Source of the DNA: an uncultured virus (IMG/VR IMGVR_UViG_3300026078_000030)
Taxonomy: Duplodnaviria; Heunggongvirae; Uroviricota; Caudoviricetes
DNA length: 64,000 bases
Reading direction: 5' to 3' (one strand)
IMG/VR virus record: IMGVR_UViG_3300026078_000030
Both the position numbers and the translations under genes were made by a program. Positions 44,875-56,130 of this stretch are shown piece by piece (position 1 is the first letter of the stretch; each line of letters opens with the position of its first letter). The notes under the pieces are model-generated. The model did not search any database and was not told the DNA's origin. It saw nothing but the letters and a program-made list of their open reading frames with translations.

Positions 44875-46926
44875 TCACGCCGCGCCTCCCTTCAGCAGTT
44901 CAGCCGCAAACCGCTTCGGCCTGTCAGCCCATTGGCTTGTGATTTGTTTGAACCTGTCATGCCGCTCCTTCGCATCCGCGTCGAACACCGGCTCTAGCGC
45001 AACCAGCGATTGTCTGCACCACTCCGAAGCGGCTTCATCTGGATTGAAACTGGCGGATTGCGTTCGCCTGAGAGCGATGGCGAACCGTTCCAGTTTGCCA
45101 GCCAGCTTGGGAGAAAACTCGGCGTAGAAACCGGAACGCCATCCGCCAAACGTCTTGGCAGATGCTTCGGCGCGGGACGCCCTGTCGCCTTGCCCGGATT
45201 CATAGAGCATCATGCCATTCAGGATCTCCTCGATCGCCAGTTGCAGCGCGTCGCGGCATTCTTGAACGACGGAATCGGTTTGCGTGTTCACGCCGACAGC
45301 AGCGATGCGAGCCATTTCGGACATTGACTCATGCATCGCAGGCTCTCGTTCGGCAAGAGCCTTTTGTGATTCGCAAAAGACCTCCGATGGCGTGGCCGTC
45401 CCTTCAATGGCGACCATGAGAGCGGCGTCACGCTCGGCAACTCGATCGGCTTCTTTCTCGGCACAGGCCCGCAAGTCATCGGTCGCCGCCTTGACGTCAT
45501 CGACGGTCGCTGTCTTAGAAAGCGATTCGAGGATCAGTCGGGATTGCTCTTGCTCGAATGCAAGCAACGCATTCACGGTGTCTGCGGTCTGATCTGGCTT
45601 GGCGTCTGCCGGAGGTTCTTTCTGCGGCGCAATCGGAGCCGGCGGCGGCGCGGTCAGCTTGTCGATCTGCGCCTGCGCCATCTCCTGAACCTTATCGAGC
45701 GGCATGTAGTTGTTGGACTGGACGAAATAGGTATCGCCGCCCTCGACCGGGTTCTCTCCGTCCGTAGCTCGAATGTCGTTCGGGGAAGCGCTGCCGGTAT
45801 TGAATTTGAACTGCATATATGCCGCCCTCGCCGCCGAGTCGGCCTTGAGCAATTTCTTTATGTCGAACTGGAAGAACATCGACTGTTTTTCTTTTTCCGT
45901 CAGTAGCTGCCGTTTGAGCGCCCTGACCCATCGTTCCGCCCACGGCGATAGCGAGTAGATTACGAAATCCAGCGACTGCTGCTCGATGTTCGAGAACGTT
46001 GCCCGCTCCAGGTCGCCCAGCATGTGCGGCGGCAATCGCAACCAGCGTGCAATTTCATTAGGGCCGAACTTTCGAGATTCAAGTAGCTGCGTGTTTTCCG
46101 GGTTCACGTCGATCGGAAACGGCTTCATGCCTTCTTCGAGAACGAGCGTCTTATAGTGGTTATCCGCTCCGGCAAATTGCTGTTGCCACTGTGCTCGCAA
46201 TCTCTCTGCGGTTTCCTTGCCGACAACCTTGTCAGTCGTGAGCGCCATATTGGACGCCGCGCCATTGCGGAAGAATGCGCCAGCGTGACGCTCCGTAGCG
46301 ATGATAATGCCCAGCGATTGCGCTCCCCACTTGATGATCGACTGTCCGGTGATTCCGTTTTGCGATAATACTCCCGGAACATGCAGCATGTCGCTCGCGG
46401 GGATCGGCGTCTTGCTGCCGTCATCATTACTAATCCAATAGACGATCTCGCCCGGCTGCCCGGCCTGGATGTATTGCAAATCGCTGACCGCCGTCGAGTT
46501 GCGGACAATGTTCCGCAGCGGAATTCGGCTCGGATGAATCGGCCAGAGCGCGATGATATTGCCGGTTGAGTCGCGCTGGATCTCGGCAAATGAGTTTCCC
46601 CAGCTCGGCACGAACGCGGTCTGCATGTCGAACCAGCACATCGAATCCTGTTCGCGGTTGGGTTGGTCGAGCAGCAGGCGATAGAGCGGATGGTCTTCGG
46701 CCTGCTCGGTGACTCGATTCCCGGAGTGCCGCACGAGTTGACAGGGCAGCATGGCCAGTGTTTCGGAGATGATCCGCAGCCCGCAGAACCATGCGCTGCA
46801 CGTCATGGCTATGTCCTGATTGACATTCACGCCAGACGACGATGGCATAATGCCCCCCATCAGCCCGAACCATCCACCGCCCGGTTCGGTCATATTCCAA
46901 TCGTTGCGCGGTGCGAATAGCTTCAC
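44875..46926 (-). CDS. Portal protein (HK97 family) with long C-terminal extension
   Basis: WGNSFA, EIARWLRLPPHMLG, TFSNIEQQ, SPNDIR. Confidence 0.93.
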   Translation of the reverse strand: MKLFAPRNDWNMTEPGGGWFGLMGGIMPSSSGVNVNQDIAMTCSAWFCGLRIISETLAMLPCQLVRHSGNRVTEQAEDHPLYRLLLDQPNREQDSMCWFDMQTAFVPSWGNSFAEIQRDSTGNIIALWPIHPSRIPLRNIVRNSTAVSDLQYIQAGQPGEIVYWISNDDGSKTPIPASDMLHVPGVLSQNGITGQSIIKWGAQSLGIIIATERHAGAFFRNGAASNMALTTDKVVGKETAERLRAQWQQQFAGADNHYKTLVLEEGMKPFPIDVNPENTQLLESRKFGPNEIARWLRLPPHMLGDLERATFSNIEQQSLDFVIYSLSPWAERWVRALKRQLLTEKEKQSMFFQFDIKKLLKADSAARAAYMQFKFNTGSASPNDIRATDGENPVEGGDTYFVQSNNYMPLDKVQEMAQAQIDKLTAPPPAPIAPQKEPPADAKPDQTADTVNALLAFEQEQSRLILESLSKTATVDDVKAATDDLRACAEKEADRVAERDAALMVAIEGTATPSEVFCESQKALAEREPAMHESMSEMARIAAVGVNTQTDSVVQECRDALQLAIEEILNGMMLYESGQGDRASRAEASAKTFGGWRSGFYAEFSPKLAGKLERFAIALRRTQSASFNPDEAASEWCRQSLVALEPVFDADAKERHDRFKQITSQWADRPKRFAAELLKGGAA

Positions 46927-47261
46927 TTGTCACCAACCTTTTTATTCCGTGGCCCAGATCCGCGAAGCATCGACAACACTGGCGGCAGCGCCAGCATTGA
47001 GCCGAAGCAGATCAACCCTGCGCCGGCCGACGAAAGTCCCGCGCCGATGCCAATGAGCACTGCTGCTGCGAGATAAAGTCCGTCCTCGAAATCCATTTCA
47101 GCCTTTCCTGATAGCCCTGCCGCGCGTCGGGACCACAATGATCGCGAAGAATCCCGGAGGCGAATATGTGCTGGCGACGGTCGCCGCCTGCGTTGCCGCG
47201 ACCGTCGCCGCAACCGTGGTAGCAACACACTGCAATTTGATAATCCTCACTGGTCGTGCTC

Positions 47262-49070
47262 CTATCCGATAGAGATGAATCCGCGATGTTCGCGCTCATA
47301 TACGGACTTCCTGCCATCGCTATTTGTTGTCATGCTGACCCCTACCGCCATCGTTGCTCCGATAATTCCGTCGATCTTCTCTTTCGATTTCTTTTTGCTG
47401 AATTTGAGAGGCGCATCGGCTCCTGCGTGTTCGCTCTCGGCAGCCGCATTGCCGGCCATCCAACGGAGAATCGGATTATTCCCATGCCGCAGCTTGCCTG
47501 CCGACACGAGCTCCAGAAATCTCCTGGTAGGCGCTGCCATCGAGATGTAGCCCTGTCCGAACGCGAGCACGTTCAGGCCGTCGCGCGTCAAATCCTGCAA
47601 GAGCTGCGCACCCTGGAACAATCGGTCGCCGGCGATCGTATGGATGCCGTAATCGTTCGCCAGCCTGTTGATGTCCTGCCGCACGAACTGATAGTCCGTC
47701 TCATTGCCATCAGTGAGCGCTAGGAAGCCTTGCCGCGCCCAAGTCAGATACGGCACGCCATCTTTCTTTTCGCGAACAGTGGCGTTCTCTTCCGGCCCCC
47801 AGAAGAACGGCAGCAGGTCATAGCCTTCCTCGTCGTTGCCGAACACCAGGGCGAGCGACGTCAGGTCCGATACGCGGCCCAGGTCGAGACCCCCGGCGCA
47901 CTGCTGGCCCTTGAGTGATTCGAGCATTTGCTTACGCCATTCGACGGGGTTCGCACCTTCGCCGCACAAGTCCCACTTGTCCATTGGGATAACGCGGGCG
48001 TCTTGGGCAGTCTTTTGGTTCAGGTGCAGGCGACGGAACGTGTTCTCATATGCCGGATTCTCTTTCGCCTTCTGGCACTCGCGGCGCAGGTAGTCGCGCG
48101 ACACACTCACGTCGAGATTCGGATTCGCCTTCTCCCAAATCTTTTCGTCGGTCCAGTCTTCATCAATGAGCGTTTCGTAAATGACCGGCAGGAAGGACGG
48201 ATCATATCCCGGCTGCGATTTGTCGCACTTGTTGTCGCGAACTCGGCACGCCCGCTCGTGCATTTCGTTGCAGATCGACTCGCGGTCGAAGTCGGCCGTT
48301 GTGATGCAGATAAACAGCGGGTTCTTGCGGTTCTTCGACGCCATTGATGTCGTGAACACGTCGAACAGGTCGCGGTTCGGCTGGACGTGCAGCTCGTCGA
48401 TCATGGCCATGTGCGTATTGCCGCCATGCTGCGTATCGCCCGAGGCCGCGATGACACGCAGGAACGATCCATCCTCTTCTCGCACGAGTGACTTAGACTG
48501 CCCAGCCGCGGCGGTCCCGCCGTAGATCCGGCAGCGGTCCTTTAGCTCGGGCTCCGCATTGACCATGCCCTTGACGTGGCGAAACAGCATCCCGGCCTGT
48601 TCGCGCTCGCCGGCTGCGATGTAATCCTGTTGCCCGGCCTCCTTGTCGCAGAAGAAAATATAGCAGGCGAGCCCGGCGATCAGGGGAGTTTTTCCATTCT
48701 TCCGCGGCACATAAATCAACGCCTCGCGATACCGGCGAACCGTCCGGCCGCTCTCGTCGATTCGGAACCAGCCGCAGATATTCGCGATGATCGACTTTTC
48801 CCATTCCTCCAATTGGAACGGTTCGCCCGCCAGTGCGCCTTCGACGTGGTGCAGCATCTCGGGAAAGAAGTCGAGAGCGTTCTGTGCCGCCTGCGCATCG
48901 AACCAGCAGCCTTCGGCCTGCGCGAATGGATCATAGCCGGGAATCAGTCGCAATAGTCCGCGCCACTGAGCAGCAGAGCGCGGTGTCCCGGCGGCATTGC
49001 GGACAAACGCTAACGCCGGGTCACGCGCCCGCTTGGATTTCTTCGGTTTCGATTTGGTTGCCGCGCTCAT
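47262..49070 (-). CDS. terL: Terminase large subunit
   Basis: VPRKNGKT, IDELH, ITTA, GLDLG, KIDG. Confidence 0.95.
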   Translation of the reverse strand: MSAATKSKPKKSKRARDPALAFVRNAAGTPRSAAQWRGLLRLIPGYDPFAQAEGCWFDAQAAQNALDFFPEMLHHVEGALAGEPFQLEEWEKSIIANICGWFRIDESGRTVRRYREALIYVPRKNGKTPLIAGLACYIFFCDKEAGQQDYIAAGEREQAGMLFRHVKGMVNAEPELKDRCRIYGGTAAAGQSKSLVREEDGSFLRVIAASGDTQHGGNTHMAMIDELHVQPNRDLFDVFTTSMASKNRKNPLFICITTADFDRESICNEMHERACRVRDNKCDKSQPGYDPSFLPVIYETLIDEDWTDEKIWEKANPNLDVSVSRDYLRRECQKAKENPAYENTFRRLHLNQKTAQDARVIPMDKWDLCGEGANPVEWRKQMLESLKGQQCAGGLDLGRVSDLTSLALVFGNDEEGYDLLPFFWGPEENATVREKKDGVPYLTWARQGFLALTDGNETDYQFVRQDINRLANDYGIHTIAGDRLFQGAQLLQDLTRDGLNVLAFGQGYISMAAPTRRFLELVSAGKLRHGNNPILRWMAGNAAAESEHAGADAPLKFSKKKSKEKIDGIIGATMAVGVSMTTNSDGRKSVYEREHRGFISIG

Positions 49071-49073
49071 CCG

Positions 49074-49577
49074 TTAGCCCGCGAAGAATCGTTTCTTTTT
49101 GTCGGCCGGCTTATCTGCCGGTTTTGCCGTCGCCCTCGATTGGCTCGCCGGCGTGATGCAAAGCTCGGCCATATAGGCTTTGATCTGTGCCGTGCAGTCG
49201 CTCACGATCGCCACCTCCGGCCGCTTTTGTTCGCCCTTCTCGATTGTCTCCTCATCGCCGTTCTGCCGCCGGATCGTTTTGACTTCGACGGGCTGCGTTA
49301 GGCCGTGTTCATCGAGTGCCGCCTGTGCCTTGGCCAGCCTGGAGACAGTGATGCAGAACCCGGCCAGCAACCAGCGGTGCACAGGCGAGAGCGTCCGCAT
49401 GTCCGACATCTGCGATACGGCCAGATTCCATTCCGAGAGCGCGACAGGATCGGCCGACACGATGGCCGGTGGCTCTGGCGTGCCTTTTGGCGCAATGGGT
49501 TCATCCTTGCGGGTCTTGCCGCGCCATGATCCCCTGAGCTTCAGGACTGGAGTCGGCGTCCTCTTACGGCCTTTCAC
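49074..49577 (-). CDS. terS: Terminase small subunit (P27 family)
   Basis: GRKRTPT..LKLRG...ELCITPASQSR. Confidence 0.88.
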   Translation of the reverse strand: MKGRKRTPTPVLKLRGSWRGKTRKDEPIAPKGTPEPPAIVSADPVALSEWNLAVSQMSDMRTLSPVHRWLLAGFCITVSRLAKAQAALDEHGLTQPVEVKTIRRQNGDEETIEKGEQKRPEVAIVSDCTAQIKAYMAELCITPASQSRATAKPADKPADKKKRFFAG

Positions 49578-49584
49578 CTAAATT

Positions 49585-49670
49585 CTCCAATTTCGTGAAA
49601 AAATATGCGCGGTTGGCACGCGGTTTCCAGCCTTAATCACCCAGAGAATTGGCCCACCCCGCCCATATGG
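49585..49670 (-). other. Probable cos packaging region
   Basis: Between HNH and terS; G-run...ACCGCG...TTTTTTCACGAAATT layout. Confidence 0.5.
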
Positions 49671-49723
49671 TTTACCGCCACCACGGCAATCCTCCACATC
49701 TACCGCCACATGAGCATCGTGGA

Positions 49724-50038
49724 TCACTTCCCAAAGCTCCCATCTTCCATCGCCGTCTTTCTACTGTGGCATTGCTGGCACAACGATTGAAACGGCCCGA
49801 TCCAGAACAACTCCTCATTCCACCTGTGCGGCTCGACATGGTCACACTGATTTGCCGCCGTCACCAGTCCTTGCTTGCCGCACTCTCTGCATAATGGCTC
49901 GTCTCGTAGTTGCTGTGCCCTGATTGCTCTCCATCGTGCCGTGTTGTACCAGCCGCGTCCCAGTGCCTGCCTGCTGGCCCACTGCTTCTCCTGCTGGGCT
50001 TTGGGGACGAGGCGGAAGATCTTGGGGGCTGTCGGCAC
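49724..50038 (-). CDS. HNH endonuclease (terminase-associated)
   Basis: PLCREC, DHVEPH, LCQQCHSRKT. Confidence 0.92.
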   Translation of the reverse strand: MPTAPKIFRLVPKAQQEKQWASRQALGRGWYNTARWRAIRAQQLRDEPLCRECGKQGLVTAANQCDHVEPHRWNEELFWIGPFQSLCQQCHSRKTAMEDGSFGK

Positions 50039-50743
50039 TATGCGGACTCCCTGGAATCACCACAGCGAATTGCATCGAACTCCCAAAAATTCACGTCCTC
50101 TCGGTTGAGATAGCAGAACTGGGCCGGGTCACTGAACCCGAAAATTGCGACCCATGTCCCTGTGCCGCGCTTTCGTCCCTGGAACATCGTCACATCTGTG
50201 CAGCCGTTCGGGTGGCGCAATTCGCAAATGCCGCGGTCATCGCTCCACCAGATGGTTTTGTCGCCTATCATCGCCAGCCTCCCAGCAACAGCCCGAAGAT
50301 GAACGCCCCGAATCCGTCCGACGATTCCCGCTTTGGCCTGCTCATTCTATTCACCCATTCCGGCCGCACATATCGAACGCCTTTCGGGTTCGGCGGCGGG
50401 GGCGAAGTCGGACGATCCTCTGGCCAATTGACTGGTGGCGGCGGCGGATTGTATCCCATATCACTCCCCATCCTTTCCGCAGCACGTCTCTCGCGGTTCA
50501 ATTTCAATCAACTCTGACTTGACGACCCTTCCCGGTCGCGTCGATCTAAAAGCGCTGTCAAGTTCAGACACGTCATAAGCGACGTCAATCAGCCTTTCGA
50601 TGCGGATTGTTGCCACTTCGCCGGTAAAACATCGCAACTCGAATCCACGAATTCCACGCGGATCAACCCCCATTGCCTTGAGTATGTCCAGTCCCAATTC
50701 TCTGCCAGTAGCCTTAATAATCATGGCTGCACCACATTGATAA

Positions 50744-51169
50744 TCACGAACCCACCACCGGACTTGCCACACCTTCATAAGCAATGCACCATGTCGTCGC
50801 GGCCGTCGTCGTGAAATAGAACTCCATCAAATACTTATGACCGCCTGTCGGGAAATTGGTTCCCGATAAATCGCAGCGGAAGTTATAGCCAACTTCGTCC
50901 AGATCCCAGATCAGCCCATCCGTGACAGGCGTATCGAGAATCACGCTCGAGACCGTCGCCGTGGGCGTGGCAATCGCCGTGTCTGGCGTCGAACTCGACC
51001 TGTCGAACACCTTGCACGTAATGCTCGTCAGATCCGCCTGCTTGACCCAGTTGCCTTCCCCAGAAATGCCCGTCGCGGCTCCGGTGGCATCGCGGGCGCA
51101 GACGCGGGCGAGAGCAGTGGCGCTGCCGTCCTCTTGCCATGTGACGGTGATTTTGTCGAGGGTTGTCAT
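50744..51169 (-). CDS. Putative Ig-like virion protein
   Basis: Thr-rich beta composition. Confidence 0.45.
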   Translation of the reverse strand: MTTLDKITVTWQEDGSATALARVCARDATGAATGISGEGNWVKQADLTSITCKVFDRSSSTPDTAIATPTATVSSVILDTPVTDGLIWDLDEVGYNFRCDLSGTNFPTGGHKYLMEFYFTTTAATTWCIAYEGVASPVVGS

Positions 51170-51664
51170 GTGATCTGATGATGTAGAGTTAGCCTAATGT
51201 AAGTAATCGGGCCGGGCTCATAAGTCGCGCATCCATTTTCGTCGCCGGCATATCTCGGTGGACGGCTGCATTCTGCGGTCACATGCGATGACTTGCCCTT
51301 GAGTCCTTTTAATCCCTCGATTGCCACATCAATTGCTGCATCCGCCTGCTTGCGCAAATCTGGCGGTATTAACGATTTGACACGCTTCTTTTTGGCTGCC
51401 TTTTTCACCCGCTAACCTCCCCGGCCATCATCCCTGGTCTGTAAATCTCGCCCTGCTTTGCCCCCGGTCGATAGGCTGCGCCTAGCTGCATTCCGGGGCG
51501 GTAAATACAAGCGGCAGGGAAGATCAAGGGGCCGTGGACAGGCGCGGCAGCCGCAATCAGCGGCGCGGCCATCCGTCGAAGTCGAAATGGGAATGGTTCC
51601 CTTAATCGAGAACGCGGATAAACCCAGCCCGGCGTCCAGTAGTTCACCGCTGAATAGTGCTGCA

Positions 51665-52132
51665 TTATCCGATCTCGCGGAATTTGACTTGAATGATCGC
51701 ATCGAATGCCACGCCGGGCGCGACCGGCACGTACATGACCGCCGATCCGGCCGGTGGGATCAGTGGCCTCTCTTCAGGCACGGGAGAAAAGTTATAGCCA
51801 TTCAGGCTGGCGAATCCCTGATGATCCAGATTGACGCCCTTCGTCGTAACGTCCGTTCCGCCAGTCGCCGCCACGCTCAAGACGGTTGAATCGGATGCTT
51901 TGTCGCCGACCTCCTCCGGGTTCGGAGTGATCGACGTTCCAGTAGGCGATCCCAGCGTCGTTACCCGCGTAATGCAGGCTTCCAACTGCTGATTCGTGAC
52001 GTTCGTCCCGACGTTTCCAATGTGAGCCGAGATGATTTCGACGGCCTTGAGCGCGGGGGCCTCGATCAGGATAGCGCTCTTCGTCGAATTGAATGATGCG
52101 ATTTTGATTTCCGCCGTATAAACGCCACGCAT
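51665..52132 (-). CDS. Putative virion protein
   Basis: Beta-rich; adjacent to the beta-helix gene. Confidence 0.5.
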   Translation of the reverse strand: MRGVYTAEIKIASFNSTKSAILIEAPALKAVEIISAHIGNVGTNVTNQQLEACITRVTTLGSPTGTSITPNPEEVGDKASDSTVLSVAATGGTDVTTKGVNLDHQGFASLNGYNFSPVPEERPLIPPAGSAVMYVPVAPGVAFDAIIQVKFREIG

Positions 52133-52137
52133 GGGAG

Positions 52138-53676
52138 CTACCTGACCTTTCGTATTGAGCTGATTAAAACCGGAGGTGGCAAGACGGCCGCGCCGGGGAA
52201 GCGGCGGATCGTCGTCATTGTTCGAGACACATAAACCCGGCGTGGTGGGCAAAGGATGTTGGCGAAACCGACCGCCTGCAACGCCCCAATATCCGAAAAT
52301 CCCGCCGCCGCCAGTCCAGGAATCGATCCCGGAAATCCTGACGCCTTGCACGCCGCGCCGCCGCCAGCCGTCGAGTTATTCGTAAAATCGTTGCCGCTGG
52401 CGTTTGTATCCGGGTCGGCCGTCAATGTCACGTCATTTGTTCCCGCCGCCAGGTTGTTACGCGGGCCGCTGGTGTTTGATCCGTATGCGTTGTTGCGATT
52501 CACGAAGATCATCGCCGCCGCATTCGTGATGTTGACCCCGTAGCCCGAGTTTCCGTAAATCTTATTGTTTTCCAGTGCCAAGATAACCAGCTTTCCATTG
52601 GCAATGGCAATTTGAATTCCGTCGTTCGTGTTGCCGCGAATCACACAGCGGGCAACGTCCAGGTAAGGGCCGTTGGTAGCAGCACCACCAGCGGCCGACT
52701 GGATATAGATGCCACCCAGAGAGTTGCTATAGACGACAGTGTTGCGGAACACGACAGGATAGGCTGAGTTGGTTGTCGTTCTTCCGACCGTCTTGTATTC
52801 AACACCATAGCCTGAATTGCCGTGCAGATAACAGCCGTCGAATGTCATCTTATCGCAATTCAGTACGGCGTCATTCGTGCAGCCGGTAATTTCGGAATTG
52901 ACGACGGTCAGATTCGTAAGCTGATTGTAGGTAAGGACGTCGCCGATGACGCCATTCTTGACTCCGTGGATGTAGCAGTTAGAAATCTTCCAAAACAGCC
53001 CCAGGCCGGACACGGTTCCCCCTGTGAATCCATTTCCGGGAGTGCCGGCCGTGCTGCTGATTTCCAGGTTGTCGAAGATGCGGAAGACCAGGTTGGAACT
53101 CGCCGCGTTTCGTACAATGTCCACGCTGTTCGTCGCGCTTGTGAAAATCGGCCGCGTGCCGTCGTGATCCCCGCGCGTCGTGTGATAGCCGGCCACCGTG
53201 ATTGGCCCGCTCGTCGAGTCCCCCGTGGCCGAGAGGATGAAATTCGTGGTGAGCGTCGTCGTCCCTGTGGCTTTGATCCAGAGCGTCATGCCAGCCGTCA
53301 GGAGCGGTTCAGCCGTGGCCCACAGATCCAGCGCACCGCCGATATTGAGCGTTACGCCCGTGCCAGTTACAAGCCCTGTCGAACGATCGAGCGTGATAGA
53401 CGTTCCAGTGACTTGCGAGAGAATCTGATACCAGCCGCCGGTAATCGAACCGGTTCCGCCGGCTACGTACGTAATGTTGCCCACCATGTCGGCGACAGCA
53501 GACGTAGTATTGATTGTTGCGCTCCCGGTCGTAGCGCTGCCGTTAGTCAGGGCATATTGCGCAGCATTCTGTTGCGACCAGTCGGTGCCAGACGAACCGG
53601 GGACGAAACCGCCGCCGTTGGTTGCAGAGCCAACGCCGGGGCGCGCCTCAAAGACTGTAGTTGACGCCAATGCCAT
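52138..53676 (-). CDS. Right-handed parallel beta-helix protein (spike/fibre, putative receptor binding)
   Basis: Repeating I.NC.I.G, HGNSGYGV, YGNSGYGV units. Confidence 0.7.
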   Translation of the reverse strand: MALASTTVFEARPGVGSATNGGGFVPGSSGTDWSQQNAAQYALTNGSATTGSATINTTSAVADMVGNITYVAGGTGSITGGWYQILSQVTGTSITLDRSTGLVTGTGVTLNIGGALDLWATAEPLLTAGMTLWIKATGTTTLTTNFILSATGDSTSGPITVAGYHTTRGDHDGTRPIFTSATNSVDIVRNAASSNLVFRIFDNLEISSTAGTPGNGFTGGTVSGLGLFWKISNCYIHGVKNGVIGDVLTYNQLTNLTVVNSEITGCTNDAVLNCDKMTFDGCYLHGNSGYGVEYKTVGRTTTNSAYPVVFRNTVVYSNSLGGIYIQSAAGGAATNGPYLDVARCVIRGNTNDGIQIAIANGKLVILALENNKIYGNSGYGVNITNAAAMIFVNRNNAYGSNTSGPRNNLAAGTNDVTLTADPDTNASGNDFTNNSTAGGGAACKASGFPGSIPGLAAAGFSDIGALQAVGFANILCPPRRVYVSRTMTTIRRFPGAAVLPPPVLISSIRKVR

Positions 53677-53677
53677 A

Positions 53678-54031
53678 TTAGGTCACAGCCCTCACACAGG
53701 CCCGATTAAGAACCGCCCACGTCGATCGCAGCGTCGCCGCATCTGCTGCATCGTTTCCGCCCGTATTGACAATTTCAAGCAGCGCCGTGATGAAGGCGTT
53801 GTAATTGAGCACATCGTCGGGATTCGCGGAGTTTCCGGCCTGCAATAAATGGGGGGGGCCATCATCGCGAGCGTCGGCCCACGCTGACACACTGGCGGCC
53901 CTGGCATACTCATCGCCGATACTCGCCTTGTCGTCTGCGATTTGGGCCAAAAACAGCCGGAACGCTTCAGCACGCGGTCGAATGCGCGTGTCGCAATAAA
54001 CCTGCATCTGTTCGTTAGTTGCATCTGGCAT
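53678..54031 (-). CDS. Hypothetical protein
   Basis: Adjacent to the beta-helix gene. Confidence 0.6.
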   Translation of the reverse strand: MPDATNEQMQVYCDTRIRPRAEAFRLFLAQIADDKASIGDEYARAASVSAWADARDDGPPHLLQAGNSANPDDVLNYNAFITALLEIVNTGGNDAADAATLRSTWAVLNRACVRAVT

Positions 54032-54073
54032 AATCGCGGACCTTTCCCTCGCAGATCAGACTGAAAAACTCGG

Positions 54074-56130
54074 TTACTTCCAATCTCCTACGCTGTACAT
54101 AACGCCTATCGGATACGCCGCTACCTGGGAGAACCGCCAGCTCGGCCCCTGCCGCTTCGCCCGCGGTTCCTCCACGGGCTTCCTGATCCGTGATTTCTCC
54201 ATCATCTCCAGCAGCCTCCGTCGCACGGCCGCCAGCCCTACGAAATCAGAATCAATCTCGTGTGTCTCGCGTTCCTTGTCATAGCGGATACAGGGTGTCG
54301 GGAGCGAATAGACCGCATGGGTGTAAATCGCTTTCAGGTCGGGAGGGAGGGCAACGGTCATCAATCGGCGGTCTCCGTAGATTCGTAAGTCGCTTCAAAA
54401 GCCTCTTGGCTGCATACGTGCTTGTCGCCGGTGATCCCGCTGATGATCCAGTCGCCCGGCCTGAGCACGATGTTGTCATTCGTTCCGCCCGTCCGAATCA
54501 TAAAAATGTTGCCGCCGAATTCAGGACCGAATCCCTCGCCGAAGCAGTAGATGTCGCCCCGTTGGAGATAGTCTGGTGGACTGACTGAATTGCCTTTGCG
54601 ATGGCTGACCATTGCGGGATCGTGTCGTTCATCGCCCGGTGGCCACCACTGGACGGCATCGAGATCAATCGGTTTCTGTCGAATCTTCATTAGTCACTCC
54701 CGTGGTCGTCACTGGCTCAACAATGTGCGGCTTGAGGCACGCATCCTCATACATTTCCTCAAGAATCACGTCGGCCCCATCCGCATCAATTTTGCCGTCA
54801 CCACTTCCCGTTTCGCGAGAATCAACGCCCACGAGATGATTGCGAAGCACGTTGACGAACTCATCTTTGAGCATCCCGCATACAATCGCCACTCCCTTGC
54901 TGTCGGGCCATTGCTCAAACTTCAGTGGCACCTCAAATTCCTTGTCGCCGTAGAAGTCATGCAAGAATGTTCCGGGCAGAATTTGCTCGATGCTGAATCC
55001 AGATGGCGCATCGCAATACACACACGCCGACCGAAGCGCAAGCATGTAAAATGAGCCGTCGGGACCGGGGAACTTGTACCGATCCGCATTTGATTCACAG
55101 CCACATTCGCACATAGGTCGCTCCCATCTTGTCGAAACGCCGCATCCAAAATCGCCCGCCGAGGCGCATGCAGCGTCATGCTGCCGGCGGGCGACGGCAT
55201 CGTGCTTCCTCAGAAAACTCGTTGAGTAGTCATTCCAGCCTCTTGCCAATGTCGCTGGCGTTTATTTCCAGTCGCTTCAAATCACTCGCAAGTCCTCTGA
55301 GATCCGCCGCTGCCAAGTCCGTTCTCCTGCACTTCCGGCAGCGCTTGCCGGATCGTCCCCAGGCATAGCAGCCGATGCCGAAGACCACGATACCAGCGAA
55401 CCAGAGGAATATGCTGGTGGCTTCGGTCATGCTGGGGTAACTTCCGACTGTGCCGCAGTCGTGGCCGCCACAAGCGCGTCCTTCGCAGCCTGAACGGCAA
55501 CCAGATCAGCCGGTGAAACCGTTCCGGCCCTGAGCGCGGCTGCCACCGCATTCAGTGTCGCCACCGCGCTGTTCGCGGCCGTTACTAAGTCCTGAACTTG
55601 CTGGATCATATTCGCCTGTCCTTTTTCGAGGATCGAAACTCGGGATGTTAAGCGTTCAATGTGCTGGTTGATTTCTTCCGACCATGACAGCCAACCGTGC
55701 TGCGACATGGGTTATTCCTCAACAGGGATGGCATGCGCCGCCACGAACTCGGCTTGACGCTCATCGACTTCCACGCGGGCCGCGTCCAGCTCCTTCAGGA
55801 GACGGCAGTGTCCGTTGAACGAATCGACGACGGCCAGTTGCTTTTCGGTCAAGGCGCTCATCGCTTTCGTGAGCGCCTGTTGTGACTGCTTCGGGGTCAT
55901 TGCGTTGCTCCTGATTGAATGAGTTTTCAAGCGGCCCGAAGTTTCCGAAGTCGACGCTTATCTCCGCGCGACCTGCGGGCGCGAGCATTGGCGTTGACGA
56001 TCGGACTTGTGTTGTTTTTCGGACCCATGCTGTGGAATTTCCAGCACCATTTCGGCGTCGGCTCAAAAGTCATTGGATGAAGCCCTTCGGAGCCTTCCGG
56101 TATGAATTGACTCTTTTGCGAAACGCTCAT
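54074..56130 (-). other. Cluster of small hypothetical genes
   Basis: Coupled ORFs including 54361-54690 (IRQKP...LRPGDWII...FEATYE). Confidence 0.55.
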
